Positions 1 to 6,414 of a stretch of DNA of 32,000 bases are shown here, in pieces. The notes under the pieces are model-generated. The model had not been told where the DNA came from. It saw only the letters and a program-made list of their open reading frames with translations, and did no database searches. Each line of letters opens with the position of its first letter. Positions within the stretch are counted from its first letter, which is position 1. The translations under genes and the position numbers were made by a program. Origin of the DNA: Candidatus Brocadia sp. (GTDB taxonomy: Bacteria > Planctomycetota > Brocadiia > Brocadiales > Brocadiaceae); contig CP091279.1 of NCBI GenBank assembly GCA_021650915.1, positions 2,520,001-2,552,000 of the forward strand, written 5' to 3'.

Positions 1-624
1 CCCTTCCAGGTACCCGCTTTCGTTCGTGATTACCGGAATGCCACCACCGCCAGCCGCAATGACGATGTCGCCGGTTTTTAACAGGGTCTTTACGGCCCTC
101 TCCTCAACGATTTTCAGCGGATTGGGTGAAGCAACGACCCGGCGGTATCCCCGGTGGCTATCTTCAGCAATATGCCATCCTTTTTCCCGGCGGAATCGCT
201 CTGCCTCTTCCCTGCTTAAAAAGGGGCCGATGGGCTTGGTGGGATTTGAAAAAGCCTGGTCATCTTTATCGACAACGACCTGCGTCAGCACCGTAACCAC
301 GCACCGGTCGATTCCCTCCTTTCGGAGACGATTCGTTAAGGATTGCTGGATCATGTACCCGATTGCACCTTCGGTATCTGCCACACAGACGCCCAGGGAA
401 AGCTCCGGCACCTGACTCCGGCATGCCTCAACCATAAGCAGCAGATTCCCTACCTGCGGCCCGTTTCCATGCGTGATGACCACTTCAAAGCCTGCCTTTA
501 GGCAGTAAATGATCCCGTCCAGACTCTTCCGGATATTTTCAAATTGTTCCGCAATGGTGCCCCGCTGCCCTTCTCCGATCAGTGCATTTCCCCCTAAGGC
601 AATGACAATAACTCGCCTCTTCAT
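1..624 (-). CDS. arcC: Carbamate kinase, N-terminal 208 codons (3' end runs off the window)
   Basis: Absent from the ORF track because it leaves the window. My minus-strand translation from ATG 624-622 reads MKRRVIVIALGGNALIGEGQRGT...EVVITHGNGPQVGNLLL...IVIAAGGGGIPVITNESGYLEG, which are typical carbamate kinase motifs. The start overlaps the stop of the upstream gene (ATGA at 621-624). Confidence 0.85.
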   Translation of the reverse strand, partial: MKRRVIVIALGGNALIGEGQRGTIAEQFENIRKSLDGIIYCLKAGFEVVITHGNGPQVGNLLLMVEACRSQVPELSLGVCVADTEGAIGYMIQQSLTNRLRKEGIDRCVVTVLTQVVVDKDDQAFSNPTKPIGPFLSREEAERFRREKGWHIAEDSHRGYRRVVASPNPLKIVEERAVKTLLKTGDIVIAAGGGGIPVITNESGYLEG

Positions 625-1940
625 CGCAGCCTTGCTTCAATGAGTTCTTTGAGCGTGGGTTTGCTCAATTCCTGGAAATGATACCGGACCCGGTCAGTGG
701 GTTTATCGATGGATATGATCTTCCTCAGGTCAACAGGGGTGCCAAGAATTACCACGTCGCATGGAGTTCGTTGAATCGTTTCCCTCAACTCTTCCATCTG
801 TGCATGCCCGTAACCCATAGCGGGCAGAAGGTTACTGATGTGTGGATATTTCTCAAAAATTCCGGCAATTGACCCTGTCGCATAGGGACGCGGATCGACA
901 ATCTCCCCCGCCTGACACTGTTGTGCGGCAAGAACTCCCGCGCCAAAGGCCATTCCGCCGTGTGTCAGGGTTGGCCCGTCCTCAATAACGAGGGCGCGTT
1001 TTCCCCGTATAAGCTCAGCATTTTCAACCGTTACGGGCAATGCGGCATCGATAACGGCCGCATTAGGATTCGACTGCTGCATGTGCTCTTTCAGGAGACG
1101 TACGTTTTCTGGTTTTGCGGTATCTTCCTTACTAATAACAACAATATCTGCCAGGAGGAGATTTGTTTCACCGGGATAATACGTAAGCTCATGCCCAGGC
1201 CGATGGGGATCAACAAGGGTAATATAAACATCGGGTACATAGAAAGAGGTGTCATTGTTGCCGCCGTCCCAGACAATAATATCTGCCTCCTTTTCCGCCT
1301 CTGCCAGGATCGCTGCATAATCCACGCCGGCGTAGACGACGGTATGCTGTTCCAGGTGCGGTTCGTATTCCTCAATCTCTTCGATGGTGCAGTCATGCTT
1401 CTGACAATCCTCATATGAAGCGAACCGCTGCAGACGCTGCCGGGAAAGATCTCCATAGGGCATGGGATGCCGTACGACCACCACCTTTTTTCCCATTCCT
1501 TTGAGAATCTCACAGACCCTTCGTGAAACGGGACTCTTGCCACTGCCGGTTCTTACCGCACAAACAGCCACAACCGGCTTACTGCTCTTGAGCATCGTTT
1601 GCCTTGTGCCCAGAAGGGTGAATTGAGCGCCAGAGGCGCTTACAAGGCTGGCCTTGTGCATGACGTACTCATGCGACACATCGCTGTAAGAGAACACCAC
1701 ATCATCAATCGCATGAAGCTTTATGAGTGACGTCAGTTTTTGTTCGGGTTCGATGGGGATTCCGCGGGGGTAGCATTTGCCAGCCAGGGAAGAGGGATAG
1801 CGCCTTCCCTCAATATTTGGTATCTGTGCCGCCGTAAAGGCGATGACTTCATATGCAGGATTGTCACGAAAACAGAGATTAAAATTATGAAAATCCCGCC
1901 CGGCCGCCCCCATAATCAGCACCTTTTTTCTGTTTGCCAT
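621..1940 (-). CDS. Cyclic 2,3-diphosphoglycerate synthetase-like P-loop protein (COG2403-type predicted GTPase; bacterial role unknown)
   Basis: 439-aa ORF. The N-terminus VLIMGAAGRDFHNFN, the P-loop-like CAVRTGSGKS and the RHPMPYGD motif match my memory of this family. Translationally coupled to arcC. Confidence 0.6.
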   Translation of the reverse strand: MANRKKVLIMGAAGRDFHNFNLCFRDNPAYEVIAFTAAQIPNIEGRRYPSSLAGKCYPRGIPIEPEQKLTSLIKLHAIDDVVFSYSDVSHEYVMHKASLVSASGAQFTLLGTRQTMLKSSKPVVAVCAVRTGSGKSPVSRRVCEILKGMGKKVVVVRHPMPYGDLSRQRLQRFASYEDCQKHDCTIEEIEEYEPHLEQHTVVYAGVDYAAILAEAEKEADIIVWDGGNNDTSFYVPDVYITLVDPHRPGHELTYYPGETNLLLADIVVISKEDTAKPENVRLLKEHMQQSNPNAAVIDAALPVTVENAELIRGKRALVIEDGPTLTHGGMAFGAGVLAAQQCQAGEIVDPRPYATGSIAGIFEKYPHISNLLPAMGYGHAQMEELRETIQRTPCDVVILGTPVDLRKIISIDKPTDRVRYHFQELSKPTLKELIEARLR

Positions 1941-1988
1941 AGAGACACCCTCTTCAATTTTCCATAAGTCGTACGGTAAGATACTCCA

Positions 1989-2097
1989 TAAAAACTTCTT
2001 TTTTCTGTAATGTTTTCTTTGTGATTTTTGTGTAAAACTTTGCGTTCTTTGTGGTTGAACTTTTTTGATTGCGGCTGTGCTGCGTTATGATAATATG
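1989..2097 (+). repeat. Intergenic repeat module, copy A (module 2 TAAAAACTTCTTTTTT at 1989-2004, then module 1 TGCGGCTGTGCTGCGTTAT at 2070-2088)
   Basis: The exact 19-mer and 16-mer are shared with 6343-6361 and 6374-6389. Module 1 overlaps the last codons of tmk. Confidence 0.7.
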
Positions 2098-2765
2098 CCT
2101 TTCACCACCTGCCACACCTTGTCCGCAATGATTTGTTCCGGCAACAACTGGCCGTTTTCCGTGCAATCAACGGTTATCCAGTCCTTCTTTCCCTGAGCAA
2201 TTTCGAGAAATGTTTGCTGTGCGCACCGAAGATGGTTGATGTCCTCCTCATGGACGTCCTTCTTTGCACCTGCGAGATAGGCGCGCTGCTCCTTTTTTTC
2301 AACGAGACGGCAAGCAATTTCGGCAGGTACGTATAACAGAATGTTGAGATTTGACCGTGGAACGCCAAATATCTGATATTCCAGGGTGTCCAGCCACCGG
2401 AAGAACTCCCCCTTCTCTGCGGCGCCCCTCATTTTACCACCCTGATGGGCCATGTTGTCGCACACGTATCGGTTCGACACAATAATTCTGCCTTCCCTGA
2501 GCCATCCGCGTATCTGATCTTTACACTCCCAGCGGTCTCCTGCATAAAGAAGCGCTGCCAAGTAGGGGCTTACCGAGTCTGCGCTGCCAAATTCACCTTT
2601 CAGATATTTCGTGACCATGTCAGCAAAGAAGGTTTTGCCGTATTGAGGGAAGTCGGTAATATTGGCTGGATATCCCTCTTCCTGCAACCGTTTGTGCAGG
2701 AGTTTCGTCTGCACCGTTTTACCGCTGCCGTCAATCCCCGTAAGGACAATCAGTCTTCCCTGCAT
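2085..2765 (-). CDS. tmk: Thymidylate (dTMP) kinase
   Basis: 226-aa ORF. P-loop LTGIDGSGKT, a DRW/DRY-type motif (AGDRWE) and a lid region. GGAGA lies upstream of the ATG. Confidence 0.85.
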   Translation of the reverse strand: MQGRLIVLTGIDGSGKTVQTKLLHKRLQEEGYPANITDFPQYGKTFFADMVTKYLKGEFGSADSVSPYLAALLYAGDRWECKDQIRGWLREGRIIVSNRYVCDNMAHQGGKMRGAAEKGEFFRWLDTLEYQIFGVPRSNLNILLYVPAEIACRLVEKKEQRAYLAGAKKDVHEEDINHLRCAQQTFLEIAQGKKDWITVDCTENGQLLPEQIIADKVWQVVKGILS

Positions 2766-3410
2766 TCACTGGTCTCCGGTTGGCTTTATTGTTATCCCTT
2801 TTGTGAGGCCGCCTATCCCTTCGGTCATCCCGATTTTCTTTTTGAGGATCCAGCCATTTCACGTTTGCACTTTGAACCCCTGATTGATGACACGGATTCT
2901 TTTGTCATTCACATCCTTACCGAACGGCTCCGTTTACGTTCTGTTTCTGATTTTATATCATCAAACCGGGGAAAGAAAGCACAAAAAATCGTTTTCCTTG
3001 TTTCTCTATTTGCAGCCAATCAAAATGGTATATACCCCACGTATCAGCGCAAAAACGATGGCCTCCGGATAAAGACTTTCTGCCGTTTCCCGGAGGACAA
3101 AAAACTATTCGCATTCGATGCTTCCGTCATATTATACGACCACAATGCAATCAGAATTTCCCAGAAATATGATGTGGTGTTGCCTATCCCGGCGTCGGAA
3201 GGACTGGGCAGCCAAAAACGGCAAGAGGCGCCGCATTTTGAGGTGCGGGAATTTATCCGTTTCATTGACCAGATTTTCAGAGGATTACACCCTGCGGGAA
3301 AGGGCGCCACCTTGGCGAGGATGACAATGGAAGATTTCGGGCGGTTATGGAAACGCATTGACGAGATGCTGGGAAATAACAAGATTGAAATCACCCCCCT
3401 GCCCTGCACT

Positions 3411-4604
3411 TCAATATTGCCGGGTTGCTTCCGTTTCATTGATGGAGCGTTTGAACTGATCGCTCGTGAGTTCTGTCGCAAAGCGTACATCGCCAGCGGC
3501 AATGGCCTTTACAACGACTTGCCATTTGGCCGTTGTTTTTGGTGCAAGCGTTGACAGTGGCGCAAAGGTTATTATACGACCCTGCGCCTGAGCGGACGTT
3601 GCTCCGGCACCCGACACAAATTCCTGATGGGCCTCCAGCGTGCAAACGATTTTCACGTTGGTGAGCGTGGTTAAACCCTGATTGATCACGCTGATTTCAT
3701 AGGTTTCCTGCATATGAACCTCAACAGGATCATCAACATCAACAACCTCCAGTAAAACCGCGGGAATGCCGGTAACGTTGGTAACGCACTGCGCTTCCAC
3801 CGGCTGGGCGATGGCACCATGCGCGGCAGATGCAAATGTCAGAGAGCCAAGTTGCTGCGGGATAAAGTGTGCGCAGAGGAGTTTGCTTGCGTCGGGCTCA
3901 AGATTGCGAATGCGCCAGATCACGCGGTGTGCAGCGGTGTTGGCCTCTCCGCCTGATTTTGAGAATATCGCACCATCGGGAACCGGCAGCGTTACGGTAA
4001 CCAACTCCTCCGGTGCATCACCGGTATTCTTCACAGTCAGGCAGACCTGAACAGGACGGCGAACCAGAACCTCATCCGTAGTGTTACATTCGATCATCAG
4101 AACGGGTGCACGGCCGTCCGGGCCGAGGTCTTCAATCCAGAAGTTGCAGCAGATTTTAGGCGTCACACAGCGGTAACGGCGCCCTTTCGAGTCAAAGAAG
4201 AATTCATAAGCATCGATCGGTTCCTCACCCCCCCAAATCAGGTTGCGGACCAGAATTGGTTTGCCATCCTTGCGTGAAGACATTGCCGGCAGGCTGGCGC
4301 CGACCGGAATCTGCAGCGCTGTGACCGGGGCAGTCGCTGCCGCATATCGGAAGTCTTCAATTCTGCCCTGCCATCCGTCGTGAAGGTTCAGGATAACATC
4401 AATATCCGCAACGAGCCCTTCTGAGGTTAACCGGTCACGCAACTCCTCAATAGTATGGACTGGATCGGCAAAGCGCGTGGACGGATGCCCCAGACGGCGC
4501 GCGATATGCTGCTGTGCCAGGAGCGGCGCTGCCGCCAGCACTGCCAGCATCAACCACGGCATGAAGAATGCAAAGGATGTGAAAAGTTTTTTGGTCATAG
4601 TCAT
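3411..4604 (-). CDS. Secreted protein with DUF11-type repeat domains (OmcB-like fold suspected)
   Basis: 397-aa ORF. N-terminal signal peptide (KKLFTSFAFFMPWLMLAVLAAAPLLAQQ). Two segments resemble the DUF11 conserved repeat (LTVKNTGDAPEELVTVTLPVPDG; YEISVINQGLTTLTNVKIV). The start may be the second ATG at 4598. Confidence 0.6.
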   Translation of the reverse strand: MTMTKKLFTSFAFFMPWLMLAVLAAAPLLAQQHIARRLGHPSTRFADPVHTIEELRDRLTSEGLVADIDVILNLHDGWQGRIEDFRYAAATAPVTALQIPVGASLPAMSSRKDGKPILVRNLIWGGEEPIDAYEFFFDSKGRRYRCVTPKICCNFWIEDLGPDGRAPVLMIECNTTDEVLVRRPVQVCLTVKNTGDAPEELVTVTLPVPDGAIFSKSGGEANTAAHRVIWRIRNLEPDASKLLCAHFIPQQLGSLTFASAAHGAIAQPVEAQCVTNVTGIPAVLLEVVDVDDPVEVHMQETYEISVINQGLTTLTNVKIVCTLEAHQEFVSGAGATSAQAQGRIITFAPLSTLAPKTTAKWQVVVKAIAAGDVRFATELTSDQFKRSINETEATRQY

Positions 4605-4610
4605 CTCTCA

Positions 4611-4717
4611 TTAATTGCAATAAGAAACAGGCGACAGCAAATGGAGAATCATAGAAATCGTCTTTTTCCCTAAAACCGTTACTGTAGCAAAAGCAAAGAA
4701 AATTGCAAGTGTTTTTG
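4611..4717 (-). repeat. 107-bp promoter/leader module, copy A (upstream of the DUF11 gene); exact 39-bp core at 4679-4717
   Basis: The reverse complement of 4679-4717 is identical to 12703-12741. Flanking similarity extends to 4611 and 12808/12809, with conserved blocks ATGATTCT, GCCTGTTTCT and TGCAATTAA. Confidence 0.85.
4681..4708 (-). promoter_or_regulatory. Putative sigma70-type promoter TTGCAA-N16-TACAGT for the DUF11 gene
   Basis: -35 TTGCAA at 4703-4708 and -10 TACAGT (minus strand) at 4681-4686, with a 16-nt spacer, about 70 nt upstream of ATG 4604. Confidence 0.4.
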
Positions 4718-4898
4718 AGAGGTTTATTGCAATTGTCATTTTATACCTCCAATTTCTTTGTTAGCCCGACATCCGCAATTCGCGCCCAAAAAAGGTTATT
4801 TTTGGGCAAGTATCGCCGGGAACCCCTTGCAATTCAAGGGGTGAATTTTCAAAACGGCTTGTAGTGCCGACCTACCCTCTTGACGTCTTCACGGTGTC

Positions 4899-6251
4899 GT
4901 GAGAAAATGTTGGCATGTTTCTCCGGGAAAAGACACGAACGAAGGATGGAAAAACCCACCGCTATTGGAGCGTGGTAGAGAGCCGCCGGGTCAGCGGAAG
5001 ACGGTGAAGGAGAAGTGGGGGAAGCTCTTTGGGGCGAAGTACGATGTACTGCTGTATGATTTGACGAGTACGTATTTTGAAAGTGATCCACCTCCGGCTG
5101 TATCGGGGAGTAAGAAGCGTTTTGGATACAGTCGGGACAAACGTTCGGATTGCGTGCAGGTGGTAGTGGCGTTGGTGTTGGTGTTGGTGTTGGTGTTGGT
5201 GTTGGTGTTGGTGTTGGTGTTGGTGTTGGTGTTGACTCCGGAAGGATTTCCCGTGGCCTACGAAGTGTATTCGGGCAATACCAGAGACACCGCAACGCTG
5301 GAGGAATTTCTGGATCGGATTGAAAAGCAGTATGGGAAATTCCGGCGCACCTGGCTTATGGATCGCGGTATTCCAACGGAGGAGATGTTGGAAAAGATGC
5401 GTGAGCGCGGGATTGATTATTTGGTTGGGACTCCGAAGGGGCATTTGACGCGAGTAGAAAAACCGCTACTCGAACAAACCTGGATGCGGGCGAGGGAGAG
5501 CGTCCGCGTGAAAGTTCTTCGGCAGGAATCGGAGTTTTACGTTTACGTGGAAAGCCATGACCGGGTGTCTAAGGAGCGTGCCATGCGTAGGCGCAGACTC
5601 AGACGTCTGTGGGTGGGCTTGCGCGAACTTCGCAATCGAAAAGCCCTCACGCGCGATGACCTGCTCATGCATCTTGGTGCGTTAAAGAAAGAAGCCGGAC
5701 GAGACTTCAGGCTGGTTACGATCTCCATTCCCAAACCGCGAGAGCCGATCAATGAAAATACGTTCCGGTTCAGTTTGGATCGGAAACGCCTGAGGCAGGC
5801 GTATCGGCGCGAGGGGCGTTATTTGCTTCGTTCCAACACGCAGGTCGCCGCGCCAGAAACCGTCTGGGAAAATTATTTGCTGTTGATACGGATAGAACAG
5901 GCATTTAAGGACTTGAAGGGGTCTCTTTCCCTCCGCCCCCTATGGCATCAATTGGAGCGGAGAATTGAAGCCTATATCTTTGTCTCCTTTTTGGCTTTTT
6001 GTCTCCACACGACGTTGCGCAATCTTGCGCGGGGGAGAGCCGGAGGGCTGACGTCTGAAGCGATTTTGGAAAAACTGTCGGGCATTCAAATGATAGACGT
6101 CCATTTACCGACCACGTATGGCCGTCATATTGTCATGAGCCGTTATACCCAGCCGGAGAAGGATGTTGCCCTCCTTTTGGCGCAGTTGGGACTAACGCTT
6201 CCCGAACAACCGCCGCCCAAGGTTTACGCATCAGGGCAGGTCGGTCTGTAG
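4899..6251 (+). CDS. IS1634-family DDE transposase, N-terminally truncated, carrying a (VL)n insertion
   Basis: 450-aa ORF with a GTG start. Contains YDLTSTYFE, DRGI and YLLRSN...IEQAFKDLKGSLSLRPLWH motifs typical of IS1634/IS4-type transposases. From memory, the first D-motif normally sits about 150-200 aa into the protein; here it is at about residue 55. Confidence 0.7.
   Translation: MRKCWHVSPGKDTNEGWKNPPLLERGREPPGQRKTVKEKWGKLFGAKYDVLLYDLTSTYFESDPPPAVSGSKKRFGYSRDKRSDCVQVVVALVLVLVLVLVLVLVLVLVLVLTPEGFPVAYEVYSGNTRDTATLEEFLDRIEKQYGKFRRTWLMDRGIPTEEMLEKMRERGIDYLVGTPKGHLTRVEKPLLEQTWMRARESVRVKVLRQESEFYVYVESHDRVSKERAMRRRRLRRLWVGLRELRNRKALTRDDLLMHLGALKKEAGRDFRLVTISIPKPREPINENTFRFSLDRKRLRQAYRREGRYLLRSNTQVAAPETVWENYLLLIRIEQAFKDLKGSLSLRPLWHQLERRIEAYIFVSFLAFCLHTTLRNLARGRAGGLTSEAILEKLSGIQMIDVHLPTTYGRHIVMSRYTQPEKDVALLLAQLGLTLPEQPPPKVYASGQVGL
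5171..5234 (+). repeat. Hexanucleotide microsatellite (GTTGGT) x about 10.7
   Basis: Perfect tandem copies were read directly. They are in frame with the transposase, giving VLVLVL..., and read TPTPTP on the opposite strand. Confidence 0.95.
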
Positions 6252-6341
6252 TGCCGACCTTCTTACATGGCCCCTTGATTTTACTGGCTTAGCGGGTTGC
6301 ATACCCCTCGAATTGCGAAAGTCGGGTCAAGGGGGAATTGG

Positions 6342-6400
6342 GTGCGGCTGTGCTGCGTTATAATATTACTGTGTAAAAACTTCTTTTTTTTGTAAGTTTT
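6342..6400 (+). repeat. Intergenic repeat module, copy B (module 1 then module 2), in the spacer between the two IS elements
   Basis: TGCGGCTGTGCTGCGTTAT at 6343-6361 and TAAAAACTTCTTTTTT at 6374-6389 are identical to copy A. Confidence 0.7.
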
Positions 6401-6414
6401 TTCGCAACCCTATT

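Larger units (their letters stand above)
4761..6330 (+). mobile_element. IS1634-family-like insertion sequence, internally deleted derivative
   Basis: Imperfect terminal inverted repeats: CCCGACATCCGCAATTCG (4765-4782) versus CGAATTGCGAAAGTCGGG (6309-6326), 16 of 18 matching. Encloses a DDE transposase ORF. No target-site duplication was recognised. Confidence 0.7.

Noticed and set aside
3062-3096. Hairpin CCTCCGG-N21-CCGGAGG as the terminator of the DUF11 gene
   Set aside because: It lies about 320 nt downstream of the stop codon, has a 21-nt loop, and is separated from its T-run by 5 nt. It is too weak to annotate.
2445-3554. 369-aa plus-strand ORF from the track
   Set aside because: Its first 320 nt are antisense to the well-supported tmk gene, and its last 144 nt overlap the conserved C-terminus of the DUF11 gene. 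There is no in-frame ATG with an RBS before 3321. At most it is a gene remnant; see the finding for 2766-3410.
5171-5234. Possibility that the regular short repeats here (or the heptamer at 13862-13896) represent a CRISPR array
   Set aside because: The units are 6-7 nt and contiguous with no spacers, and there are no cas genes in the window. They are simple tandem repeats.
4849-5295. Minus-strand ORF with a (TP)11 tract, and ORF 4962-5444 with a (HQ)n tract
   Set aside because: Both are antisense readings of the hexanucleotide microsatellite inside the transposase gene. There is no independent coding evidence.
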